From Octopus sinensis (Eukaryota), in NCBI RefSeq assembly GCF_006345805.1, contig NC_043004.1:12834001-12898000 (forward strand): a stretch of DNA of 64,000 bases. Reading direction: 5' to 3'. Below the pieces are notes generated by a model. It did not search any database and was not told where the DNA came from. It worked only from the letters and a program-made list of their open reading frames with translations. Both the position numbers and the translations under genes were made by a program. Shown here one piece after another: positions 13,445 to 26,169 of this stretch. Positions within the stretch are counted from its first letter, which is position 1. Each line of letters begins with the position of its first letter.

Positions 13445-13672
13445 TATGCATGTGTGTGTATTTGAGTGTTTGTCCCCCAACATCGCTTGACAAATGATGC
13501 GGGTGTGTTTACGTCCCCGTAACTTAGCGGTTCGGCAAAAGAGGCCGATAGAATAAGTATTAGGCTTACAAAGAATAAGTCCTGGGGTCGATTTGTTCCA
13601 CTAAAGGTGGTGCTCCAGCATGACCTCAGTCAAATGACTGAAACGAATAAAAGAATGAAAGAATAAATGAAA
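13247..13672 (+). mobile_element. Full-length SINE family C with internal (TA)n/(TG)n tract
   Basis: A box tggctgtgtggta, B box gggttcagtccc, core ccttgggcaag...aaagccttgtgagtggatttgg, (AAAGAAT)-like tail. Confidence 0.9.
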
Positions 13673-13808
13673 TATTCTCAGACTTACATATTTACCGTTA
13701 TACATGTATACACATAATATATATATATACGTGTGTATGCATTGATATATATGTATCGTATGTATGATATGGTATGAATGTATATATGCATGTACACATG
13801 TATGTATA

Positions 13809-15088
13809 CATCAGGTCATCCCCTAAGTTCTCTCCGATTTTATCTTTTTTTAAATTGAATGAAATTTAATAGTATTTTAGAATGTCTAATGGAATTAAAA
13901 ATTATTTTTATGCATTTGTGTACACTTAAACTAATTAAATATTATTTTACAGAATAATAGAATTAAAGTTTCTTTGATTAAAACCCTTTCTAACATGAAA
14001 GTATCCAAAGATTATTTAAGGCACATAATGCTTTATAAGCACAAAATATGGAAACTCTGCAGCCGAAGTGACTCGAAACATACAGTCAATTTATGGGGAA
14101 AGAATGCTTGAATGAAAGAGCTTGCAGAAGATGGTTTACAAAATTCAAAAGTGGAGATTTCAACCTTGAAGATGAAGCTCGAACAAGACGTCCAGTTGAG
14201 TTTGATGATTAGCTCCTTGAGGCATTACTTGAAGAACATCCTGCATTATCAGTTGAAGAATTGGCAATAAAGCTTGTTCAAACCATACAACAATTCATTG
14301 TCATCTTCAACAACTTGGAAAGGTTCCTAAACTTGGAAAATGGGTGCCTCATGAATTGTCCGAAAGCAACCGCAAATCCCAAGTTGACATTTGCTCTTTT
14401 CTCCATTCTCGCGAAGTCATTTCACCTTTTTGGATAGATTTGTGACTGGTGACGGAAAATGGATTTTCTATCGAAATGTTAAACGTTGTAAACAGTGGCT
14501 TGGTAAAAGGGAAAACGCTCAACTACAACCGAGAAGGGAACTTCAAGGTTCTTCTTTTTATCTGCTGGGATTGCGAAGGAGTAATTTACTTTGAATTGTT
14601 ACGACCTACAATCAATGCTCAAGCCTACTGTTAGCAATTAGAGCTTTTGAAGCAAGCTTTGAAGCAAAAAAAAACAACTCTTTAGCCAATTGAAAAGGAG
14701 TGATGTTTGATCAGGACAATGTGCGACACCACACTGCAAAGATCACATCACAGAAGATCGAAGAGCTTAGTTGGGAAAAAATTCCTCATCCATCTTATTC
14801 TCCCGACTGTGCTCCTTCAGATTACCATTTGTTTCGTAGCTTACAGAATCATTTGGGGGACATAACTTTCGCAAGCCAGGAGGAGGTTGAAATTGACATT
14901 TCAGAGTTCTTCGCTCTGAAACCAAAAGAGTTTTACATTGATGGGATTAAAAAGCTTCTAAATAGATGGAAGAAAGTCATAGATAATCAGGGAAAGACCA
15001 TTGATGATTAAATTTCAATTAAATATAACTTCTGATCACTTGTTTTCTTTATTCAAATTTCGAACAAAACTTATGGGATGACCTGATA
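13809..15088 (+). mobile_element. Full-length decayed mariner (DD34D) transposon, ~1.28 kb; transposase pseudogene 13995-15011
   Basis: TIRs catcaggtcatcccctaagtt / aacttatgggatgacctgata with TA flanks. Translation shows WVPHEL, TGDGKW, QDN and YSPDCAPSD with 34 residues between the last two Asp; multiple stops and frameshifts. Confidence 0.95.
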
Positions 15089-15121
15089 TAAGAATGTATG
15101 CATGCATGTTTGTATGTATGT

Positions 15122-15480
15122 GTGGAGGCGCAATGGCCCAGTGGTTAGGGCAGCGGACTCGCGGTTTCAATTCCCAGATCGGGCGTTGTGAGTGTTTATT
15201 GAGCGAAAACACCTAAAGCTCCACGTGTCTCCGGCTGCACACTTTCACCAAAGCTTTCTCTCACTTTTTCCTCATGTTTCTGTTGTACCTGTTGTATTTC
15301 AAATGGCCAGCCCTGTCAACTCTCTGTAACGCTGATTCCCCCCCCCCCATCCCCCGAGAACTATGTTAAGGGCACACATGTTTGTGGAGTGCTCAGCCAC
15401 ATGCTCGTAAATTTCAAGAGCAGGCTGTTCCGTTGATCGGATCAACTGGAACCCTCGCCGTCGTGACCGACGAAATGCCA
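15122..15480 (+). mobile_element. Full-length SINE family B
   Basis: A box tggcccagtgg, B box ggtttcaattccc; inverted copy at 50269-50634. Confidence 0.9.
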
Positions 15481-15999
15481 CGTCGACGACGATGCATGCA
15501 TGTATGTATGTATGTATGTATGTATGAATGTATGTATGTATGTATGTATGTATGTATGTATGTATGTATTTATGTATGTATGTATGCATGTATGTATGTA
15601 TGTATGTTGCATGTATGTATGTATATATTTATGTATGTATGCATGAAAAAGCAGCTGGCGCCATCAAATTGGCGCTAGGATACAAGCATCCGAGCCCAAT
15701 ATACCCACCATGAGTACCTCTCTGATAGGGGTACACTTGGCACATGCACCACAACCATATTTGCGTGATATGGTGACGTCATATGAAAATAGACAGCATA
15801 TAACCTCGCAGGTGTTGCCCATTTGGAGTTTCCCTCAGATCGAGCAATCCTTTCCGCTCAAAAGTCCTTGAATAAGGGCTTTTTAAGGACGATGTGCGAA
15901 ACATCCATGTTCTTATGGGTCAATTAATCAAACACCAAATAATCTCTCTCAACACATTGTTATGATGATTCCCGACTATTCTTGCTCGGGATAAAGAAG

Positions 16000-16158
16000 C
16001 TCGTTTCCAAAGAACCTGGTCTTCGGTTCAGTCCCACTGCGCGGCACCTTGGGGAAATGTCAACTAATATGGCCAAGGGCGGAGCAAAAACTTTTCGGTT
16101 GGATTTGGTAAACGAATGCAGGAAAACCGTCGTATATATGTTTAGTTACCTATATCTA

Positions 16159-16217
<59 letters not shown>

Positions 16218-16365
16218 ATATATATATATATATATACGTTTGTGTGTATTTGAGCGTTGGAGTATATGTGCATGTGTGTGTTTGGTCCACCACTACTTAT
16301 CAACCGGTGTTCGTTTGTTTTTGCTCCCATTACTTATCGTTTCGGTAAACGATAAAAGATAGATG
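16000..16365 (+). mobile_element. SINE family C, diverged, with internal (TATC)n
   Basis: ggttcagtcccactgcgcggcaccttggg core. Confidence 0.75.
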
Positions 16366-17542
16366 TATGAATATGTGAGTGTTTTTTTTGTATGCGTGCA
16401 TGTGTATATTTGTGTGTGTGTGTGAGTGTTTGTGTGTGTGTGTGGATTAATTATATTGCTAGATAAAACTTTAGCCTAATTACATGCACTCTGTTTCTCA
16501 GCATTTTCAAATGTGTATATCTTTGTAACAATCTTACAAGTTTCAACACTATTTTGACCTCATCAGGAAAGAATAACACAGTAAATGTAGAAGATTATAC
16601 AAAATGAAAATAATACTCTGAAACTTTTAGTGCACATTGCCTACTAACCTTTCTGTTTTCCTTCTTGCGCATATATTTCTCCTTATCGTTCTAATGATCT
16701 ATGCATTACATATGTTTAACACTACCTATTGTCTTCTTTATATGAATAGGAGTCTGTCATATACTTTCCACTGCAGAAATCTGAAACATCTCCAGCTGTT
16801 GTGAATCACCAGAATTTATGCGGCAGATTAGTGTTTGAAATAATCAGTGTGTGACCAAAAATGCATTTATCTGCAATTTGTTGTTTAGTCTCACGTCAGC
16901 CATGATCGGGAAGACAAAACTCATTGAAGCCATCTTTTTTTTTTTTTCAGAAAGTATCTCACCCGGACTGCTTTTATCCTATATATTTTTCTTACTTAAC
17001 CGAAAGGCCTAAGAGGAGATTTGGCTGTTATTTCTTACATGACAATTAACTTTATACTCTTTGTTTCAGTTATTTGAAGGAACTTCAAATTGTGAGAAAT
17101 GCGTTTTTCTGAAAGAAAAAGTTCGCATTTTATAAATAATACATTTTGTGGACTCGTTCCAGCGTCGGAAACATCATGTGTATTCTTTGCCCCTGTGATT
17201 TTAGTTCTGAGTTCAAATCCTGCTGAGATCCACTTTGCCTTTCATCGTTTATCGTGTTATGGCTATTAAATGATGTACCAGTTGACTAACACTCTTCTCT
17301 CAAAAATTAAAACCCTTATAATTAAATTTGAAACAATGATTATTTGTACAGAAGGGTTGAGCATCAGAAAAATACGGTAAGTTATTTTTTCCGACTTTCT
17401 TAGATCAAACCCTGCCAAGGTTAACTTTTCTAATATCCTTTCAGAATCGATGAAATAATACTGGGATATATAGTAACGATTTGTCTTCTCCCTAAATCAG
17501 GAATAATTTTGATTATTATAACTATTATTATTGTGCCAAATA

Positions 17543-17805
17543 AAGGCGGCGAGCTGGTAGAAACGTTACCACGCCGGACGAAATACGTAGCCGTATTTCA
17601 TCTGCCGTTATGTTCTGAGTTCAAACTCCGCCAAGATCGACTTTGACTTTCATCCTTTCGGGGTCGATTAAATAAGTAACAGTTACGCACTGGGGACGAT
17701 GTAATCGACTTAAACCTTGTGTCTGTCCTTGTGTGTCTCCTCTATGTTTAGCCCCTTGTGGGTAATAAAGAAACAGGTATTTCTCCCGTCTTTATGTTCT
17801 GAGTC
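17543..17805 (+). mobile_element. Family A SINE (long tail) plus start of a second headless unit
   Basis: Head aaggcggcgagctgg; tail ...aaagaaacag joined to gtatttc...gttctgagt, then truncated. Confidence 0.85.
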
Positions 17806-17809
17806 GTTT

Positions 17810-19108
17810 TGGGAAAAATTTATTTTATTTTATTTTTTGAAAAAAAATGGCAACAAAGAATACCGCTTTGGAGTGGCGAATTGTGCCCCCCAAAGATTAG
17901 CTTACAAATTATACTGAGAAAATGGTGGTGTTAAGGACCTACTCTAGGGTCTTTGAAACCATCGCTGAGAGGAAGAGTTGGCAGAGTACCGGCCAACTTT
18001 TCGATTTATTCGTAGGGGAGCAAGCTCTTGAATGTCAGAATGTTTCCTGTGGCTGATTGGGTGGGGTCGAAAGCAATTTTGACCCTATCGACCCAATCAG
18101 CCAAAGATCTGGTTTTACCAAATTTTTTTAACAATTGCCGGTTCCAGGTACCCGGTGATGGTTGAGGGACGCCCACCCCCAAGTGTCACCTGTGCCTGGA
18201 ATCGGGTCACATCAAGAAAAACTGTCGACAGGACCAGGAAAAGGCCCTGGAACAGTTAATTAAAGAGGTGTCCCCTGTTCTCCCAGTGGAGAAAAAATAA
18301 GAAGAGAAAGAAGGGGGACAACAATGGTTGCCTACCCATGGATCCTGAGATGGCGGGGGCAAGGGAGGGTTCTCCGGAGATGTCAGAGGAACTCCACCCT
18401 CCCGTCGTAAAAGGAAAAAAGAAAAAGAAAAACGGGTCATTGCCGGTGACGGCATGTCCCGAAACCCCTTCGGTGGGATGTGTGCCATCGCGGGGGGGTA
18501 TGACCTCGCCAGTGGGATGTGTGCCACCGAGTGAGGGAGTTGAGGCCCCTCCCAGTGAAGGTGGAGAAGAATGTATGTTCTGCTATCTCAAGGGCGGGGC
18601 TATCTACAGTTTTGTCGAAAATGAAATAGACAGTCGGATCATGAGGGAACCGAATTGCATTGGCAGCCCAGGCTTGCCTTCGCAGGTGGCTGCTCTGGTG
18701 CTGGAAGGAAATCTGTGTAACATTATAATTGACTCGTATAAAAACGAGAATTTCAGAATTCTCTATTGGAGCTCCAGATTTCGGTTGCAACAATGCCTGC
18801 AAGTTGTACGAGATTTACTGGGAGAAAAATTGAAAAGGCTTATTGCCTCAAATTTGACTTTTTAAAAAATGTAAATTGTGGTTGTATGGACGTTTTGGTC
18901 CAAAGAAATTGTATCTTAAATTGTAAGAGGGTCATTACCTCGGTACATGTATTTTTTTTTTAAAAACAATGTTTTAGAGAAGCAGAGGGTCGGCGGGCGC
19001 CTTCTGCCTTCTATCTTTTGATCATAATCATCCGCCTCATTAATGTCTATGTCTAGCCCGCAAGCTACTCTTTGTAATGCCTCTAAAGCAAATCTTTATG
19101 AAATAAAG
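17810..19108 (+). mobile_element. Degraded L1/Tx1-like ORF1 element with CCHC zinc knuckle; no recognisable ORF2
   Basis: GC-rich island. ATG at 17847; frameshifted reading LPNF-TIAGSRYPVMVEGRPP-KCHLCLESGHIKKNC (C-X2-C-X4-H-X4-C at 18184-18225), a low-complexity tail ending at 18865, and a 3' end ...ctttgtaatgcc...atgaaataaag. Confidence 0.65.
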
Positions 19109-19224
19109 TAGCTTGCTTACTTGTCTAGTGGTAATCGTTAAAGCTACTACACCCTTTTATGTTTGTCTGTCCTTGTTCGCCCCCTCTTTGTAATGCCTTC
19201 ATGGCAAATACTTATGAAATAAAG

Positions 19225-19370
19225 CAGCTTTCTTACGAACCACATTGTTCCGGGTTCAGTCCCACTGCGTGGTACATTTGGCAAGTGTCTTCTACTATAG
19301 CCTCAAGCCGGCCAAAGCCTTGTGAGTGGATTGGTAGACGGAAACTAAAGGATGCTCATCGTATATATGA

Positions 19371-19421
<51 letters not shown>

Positions 19422-19605
19422 CAACATCGCTTGTCAACCGATTCTGGTGTGTTTACGTCCCCGTACTTTAGTTGTTCGGTGAAAGAAACTGATAGAATAA
19501 GTACTAGGCTTACAAAGAATAAGTCCTGGGGTCGATTTGCTCGACTAAAAGGCGGTTCTCCAGCATAGCCACAGTGAAATGAATAATACACAAGTAAAAT
19601 AGTAA
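19225..19605 (+). mobile_element. SINE family C lacking its A-box head, with internal (TA)n(TG)n
   Basis: Begins cagctttcttac, corresponding to t/aagcttgcttac in other copies. Confidence 0.85.
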
Positions 19606-20408
19606 AAAAGAGTAAAAGAGTATATAAAAACATCGATATAAAATGGAAACTATGTATACAATGGGGCGTAGTGGTGACGCTGGCACCGACGGTGGTCGTA
19701 GACGTGCTGATGGTGGCGTAACAGGACACAAACAAAATCAACACCAACGATAAGATGAAACGAAACAAAGTTTTTATTGTTGTTGTACTTGTTGTCATTG
19801 TAATTATTTTTCTTCTTCAATACAAAGAACAACGATTGAAAGTCTTTATCGAATAAATATTCTCTTATATTCTTTTCGCAGACTAAACTAATCGTTTGCT
19901 TTTTATATTCATTTATGTAGTCTTTTTTTAATGAGTTTTTGGCAAGTTTTGTTAAGGACGGATATCTCTGCGGAACCATGAAATAACGAACTGGTATGAG
20001 TTACGATTCAGTCTGACGAGAGATCGCTTTCATAATAATCATTGGGTAACAATTTTAGTATCTTTTTAGTTTCATTATCGTCAGTGAATACATTGTTGTT
20101 GTTGATGTTGATGTTTTTACGCTTTTTTTTTGTTTTCATTTTATATTTTAATGTTTTGTATATATTTTGTATTCTTTGTATGTTTTTATTTTCTAAATTA
20201 TTTCCGTTGTTTATTTTATAGTGTTATTATTTCTTGTTCAAAATTTATTTTGCTCTTCTTTTGGTGCCATTCATATGTTATTTGATCTGCTGCTACAGAA
20301 TCCTGTTTATTTTTTCTTCTTCTTTTCTTGCGGTTGATGACTTGCTGCTGAGATAGTATTACAGACACAATAACGACAACAGCAACATTAATAAATGATA
20401 ACGACAAG

Positions 20409-20446
<38 letters not shown>

Positions 20447-22139
20447 AATCAACAACAGGTTTAATCATAACTGCAAGATCGGTATCACTGGCGTTGATTA
20501 AGGGTAGAGACCATAAATAATAACCCTGATGGTGATTATGAGGAGGAGAAAGAATAAGAGCGCTCAGAAATAAGTTGCAATTTATAGTCTCCTTCACACC
20601 GCATACAAACAAAAATCACTTGATATATTTTTTTTAATTAAGCAACTCGAAGGACAGAAACTCACAGAAAAGTGGCATGGAGATAATGTGACCTCGATAG
20701 CTTTGTCAAGGCCTATAAGAATATAAACGAGCGGAAGATGTACCACTGTGGATGCGAACCATGATAGCTTAATCGACATGTCTACGCTTTATGAGGTCAA
20801 GCACTGAGGTGGTCAAATGAAACTAGAAATTTTTACTTAGAAATATCCCGCGATCTAAGCGGTGAAGGAGTTCGTGTGGCATCTGCGTTGTTTTGGGTTC
20901 AATCCCCCTGTGCAGTCTATTGCATGTTTTCTGCTATAATATCTCGATGGAACAAAGCCTCATGACCGAATTTGATGGGTAAATTATTCAGCCTTATTAT
21001 TCAGTATATTTTCAGGAAATTCTTTGAATAAGTTGCAAACAGACATCTTTTTATCTGCGACTCTAATACATGTGCACACTTCAATGTTTTTGCTCCACCG
21101 TGTCCCTTTCCCAGGAAGGAATTGGAACCTAGCAAGGCAAGGTAACGGAGTCAGTTATCAATTGCATAAAGAATTCTTATTGATTACCGACTGAGCTATA
21201 TATTTCTCTAGCGTATTTCTAGATTGCTGTATATGTTATTGAGAATTCAGTAGTGATGTGTTTACAATTAATTTTAGCGTTGACTTCATCATGTTAACAG
21301 CGGGTAATACATTTCAGAGACGTGTTACCGATTCGGGTACATACTTCACACTGTGTATGAAATTAGAATGACTTAAATCAAATTTATTTACAGTTCTTTA
21401 GCGTCAACAAGCAACTGACACTGTGAACTCTCGCCGGACGCGTCGGTCTGTTCATTCTAATCAATGGAATTGTATCGTCAGTTTTTAGGGCGATCGAACG
21501 TTTGTTAAAATAAATATACCAGCCCCAACCATTCAACGCAATTGCATAACCTGTTGCTATAATTATCTGCAAAGTCTCTTCAAATATTATCCTATCGCCT
21601 TAAAACAAATCATAAATATCCTGGATAAAGTACCTTTGAATGCAGTATATCAAAATTAAGGTGGTGTTCTGGCAGAAATGTAAGAATGCTGGGCAAGATT
21701 TCGGTTGTCTTTAATTTCCGAGTTCGAATTCTGTCGAGGTCAACTTTGCTTTTCATCCTTTCGGGGTCGATAATATAAATACTAATTAGACACTGAAATA
21801 ATTGCAATCAACTCACTCTCCCCGCTAAATTGATATACTTATGCCAAATTTTTAAACCAATACAATAATCCTTTCGACTTTGCCTTTCATCTTTTCAGGG
21901 TCGATAAATTAAGTACCAGTTGCGTACTGGAGTCGATCTAACGAACTGGCCCCTTCCCCCAAAATTTCGGTCCTTGTGGCTAGAGTAGAAAAGAATGTAA
22001 TAATCCTTTCTATTATACACGCAAAGTCTGAAAGTTTGTTAAGGAGGGGGCCAGTGTTTTATATTGATGCCAGTGTTCAGCTGGTAGTTATATTAACACT
22101 CACCGGAAGGATTATAGTGAAAGTGACCCTCGAGACTTT

Positions 22140-22776
22140 TGAACTCAGAACGTACAGACAAACGTAATGTTGCTAAAGTTTTGTCCGGGGTGCTAACGAT
22201 TCTTTTCTATTCTAGGCACACGGCCCGAAATTTTTGGGGAGGGGACCAGTCGATTAGATCGACCCCAGTACGCAACTGGTACTTAATTTACCGATCCCGA
22301 AAGGATGAAAGCAAAATCGATCTTGGCGGAATTTGAACTCAGGACGTAAAGACAGAGGAAATACGCATTTCTTTACTACTCACAAGGGGCTAAACACAGA
22401 GGGGAAAACAAGGACAGACAAACGGATTAAGTCGATTATATCGACCCCAGTGCGTAACTGGTTCTTATTTAATCGACCCTGAAAGGATGAAAGGTAAAGT
22501 CGACCTCGGTGGAATTTGAACTCAGAACGTAGCGGCAGACGAAATACCTATTTCTTTACTACCCACAAGGGGTGAATAACGAAGAGGAGAACAAACAAGG
22601 ACAGACAAAGGGATTAAGTCGATTACATCGACCCCAGTGCGTAACTGATACTTAATTTATCGACCCCGAAAGGATGAAAGGCAAAGTCGACCTCAGCGGA
22701 ATTTGAACTCAAAACGTAACTGCAGACGAAATACGGCTACGCATTTCGCCCAGCGTGCTAACGATTCTGCCGGCTT
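22140..22776 (-). mobile_element. Family A SINE multimer (head + long-tail unit + long-tail unit + short-tail unit + partial unit)
   Basis: Core repeats three times with tail-to-gtatttcgtc junctions. Confidence 0.9.
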
Positions 22777-23541
22777 GCCGACCTTAACACAGTAATATAA
22801 TAACAGTATAAGTATACCATTATCAACCTCCTTCACAGAGACACTAGTACAAGATCTCACTACTCTCCGAAATAACATCATTGATGGACAGATCCATGCA
22901 CACAGCACATCTTTATACAACAAATAATAAAAAAAACAAACAAAGGAATGACATGGGATGGTACTGCCATAGATTCGAATTCCCTTAACATTTATCCGAA
23001 ACAATCTACACAGATACACATGCAAATAAACCACAAAGTAAGCTGCAATAATCTGATTGCAATATAATTTCACAAAAATGGCCTCCTGCACTTCAATTGA
23101 ATCTCATTCAATTCCACATATATAAATACGACATGCACAGGTGAAGAATTAGCCCTTGGCCATTGGATTTAGAGGGGCTGAGCCTCAGTGCTCAGCCACA
23201 CGATCCGGTTTTGTGCAATACCATGCGAAACTGTCCCCTGGTATAGCATTTGTTTGGTAAATGCCTTCTGAGTTAAATTTCTTAGACGGAAACGTGCCAC
23301 ACAACTTCCTATACATACACGTAGATATGTTTGTAGACATATACACAGATAAATAGATGCACACACGTGTATAGCTACATATTGAGGTATAGGTGTACAC
23401 ATACATACATGCATGCATGCATATATACATACATACATACATACATACATACATACATACATACGTACACACACACATATATTTGTATATATGACTGCAT
23501 ATCTGTCATTCTCTCTCCCACTCTCTCCCTCTGTCTATCTA

Positions 23542-23623
<82 letters not shown>

Positions 23624-23859
23624 GACCTATTTATACATACATATACACACATATGTGCGAGTGTATGTATGCATATTTTTACGTATCTTTGTATACTATC
23701 ATGAATAATTTTTCGCCGATGTATATCAGTAAAATTTAAGCACGTTGTTGAGCAAATCGATAAACTGATGTCTTTGATACAAAATTTATTGTGATGTGAA
23801 TTGGAAATGCTGTGAACTAGCCAGTGATTAGCCATAACTAACGACGACGCTATTATTCA

Positions 23860-24480
23860 CAAAATGCATGATATAATAACAACCTATCCTTTGACCATAT
23901 GTCCAACCCAATCAACACATACTATCAGTGGACAAAGGAATAGTACTCTTAAAAAAAAAAACTTCCAAAAGCACCAGTGGATCGAGTTCCAAAGGGAAAG
24001 ATTTACAGATTTCAACTACGCTACAATCACAAACATAAATACTGCAGTAAATACATTCGATAAAATAATTGTAGGTACATTAAGGAATAAAAAAAAAAAA
24101 AAATTCCCATAAGGAAATACAAATACATACAAACACAATAACATAAAAGAAATATTCTGTGTGATAAAATCTAAGGACAAGCCCAACCGTAATATTTTAG
24201 AGCCATAAAGAACAGATGTAGAACTCAACATTGAATAACTAAACGAAATATCAAAGATATAAACTATACAAAGAAAAATTTGTAACCAGGGGAAACCACA
24301 AAGGAAATAATAAAATACTATAGAGTAATTAGCGACATAAATAAAAACAAGGACCTCACCATGCATCATGTCACAAAAACAATCTAGAAAGCGATACCCA
24401 TATTCCAATACTAAGTAAACGCCCTTATTCGTTTCTGGGAAATCAACCATCAAAATCGTACATCGGAAACAAAAACACGA
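23860..24480 (+). mobile_element. Possible very old APE-type LINE ORF2 relic (linker between endonuclease and RT)
   Basis: KNFQKHQWIEF...NINTAVNTFDKII...IP resembles the NF..A.W..F...ID.A...F...I.....IP linker; weak. Confidence 0.3.
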
Positions 24481-24559
24481 AACAAAACATTAACCAAATT
24501 CTTGCTAGACAAGGATTTTTCTATGAGAAATAGAACAAACCTTTCCACTATAGACACGC

Positions 24560-25320
24560 AGACAGAAACTGTTGACTAGTCGAGTAGATCAACCCTACTG
24601 TTCACCTGGAAATTTTTTTATCGACTTTGAAGGAACGAAAGGCAAGGTCGATCTCGGCAGAATATGCATTTAGAACGTAGCGACGGGCGAAATACCACTA
24701 AGCATTTCGTCCGGCGCGCTAACGATTCTTTTTTTTTTCTTTTCTACTCTAGGCACAAGGACCGAAATTTGCGGGGAGGGAGACGGTCGATTAGATCGAT
24801 CCCAGTACCCAACTGGTACTGATTTGTCGACCCCGAAAGGATGAAAGGCAAAGTCGACCTCGGCGGAATTTGAACTCAGAACATAGCGGCAGACGAAACA
24901 TCCATTTCTTTACTGCCCGCAAGGACCCACACACAGGGGACAAGCAAGGACAGAGAAACGGATTATATCGACATAAGTGCGTAACTGGTACGTATTTAAT
25001 CGATGCCGAAAGGATGAAAGGCAAAGTCGACTTCGGCGGAATTTGAACTCTGAACGTAGCGCCAGACAAAATATCACTAAACATTTCGCCCGGCGTGGTA
25101 GCGTTTCTGCCAGTTCGCCGCTTTTCTTCTGTACTCTAGGCACAAGGCCTGATATTTTGGGGGAAGGGACCAGTCGATTAGATCGATCCCAGTACATAAC
25201 TGGTACTTCATTAATCGACCCCGAAAGGATGAAAGGCAAAGTCGATCTCGGCGGAATATGCACTCAGAATGTAAGGACGGGCGAAATACCGCTAGGCATT
25301 TCGTCCGTTGCGCTAACGAT
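24560..25320 (-). mobile_element. Cluster of about five family A SINE units
   Basis: Repeated gaaaggatgaaaggcaaagtcgacctcggcggaatttgaactc cores. Confidence 0.9.
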
Positions 25321-26019
25321 TCTCAATCTCAAAGTCTCAGAGCTTTACAAAATCTTAGATAAACATGTAAAAAAAAATATGCAAGAAGTGAAATGTGATC
25401 GCTCAAAGATGTTATAAAGACTAGAAGTCTCGCCACAATAAAAGATCTCTTGGTCGCATCTTGTCGTTCAGCCGAGCAGCTATGTACTATAAGTCTTCTC
25501 GATCAAAGCTGATGTACGGCTACACCGCCTCTAATATCGCCGTCACCGTCGCAACCCCACCGCCACCATCATCACCACCACCACCACCACCACCACTGCA
25601 ACAACAACAACAATAAAACAATATTGTCAAACTAATTAGGCATAGTGTTACATCCATAATTTATACGTATAGAGTGTTTCTGATTGTGCATTGGCTAATA
25701 ATAAACATCTAAAACTAATTAGATCTATTTCTCAGTCTGTCTCTTCAAGTGCAGAGTTATTTAATGAATAGGCGGGAAATGTTACACGTATAAAAATGCA
25801 CATTGCTACATACTCTATCATTAAAACTAGGCTCCAGAGTTATATTTCCTAAAACAACTTTAACATCTTACAAACCGGATTTTAAAGTATTAACTGCAAG
25901 AATGAATATTCAATAAAAGCTTTTAATGAGCTGAGACTTATCAAATATATTTTACTGAGTAGTAATGAGCGGAAGCTCGCTACGGAGTGAGCGGACAGCG
26001 TATACTTGTTAATATATCA

Positions 26020-26068
<49 letters not shown>

Positions 26069-26169
26069 AAAAGCAATAAAGATTCAATTAATTTAAATGA
26101 ATTTACTTGAATATGGTACCTAACTTAGATGCACCAAAAAAAACTATACTGTTTTAACAATACAGTAAT

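Noticed and set aside
15122-15190. tRNA gene
   Set aside because: A/B boxes continue into a SINE body with no cloverleaf completion or T-run terminator; the same applies to other SINE heads.
16533-16570. Minus-strand CTGATGAG...GAAAC hammerhead core
   Set aside because: Stems I and II do not pair; at best a decayed relic.
22140-25320. Regularly spaced repeats as a CRISPR array
   Set aside because: Eukaryotic SINE units with homologous rather than unique spacers; no cas genes.
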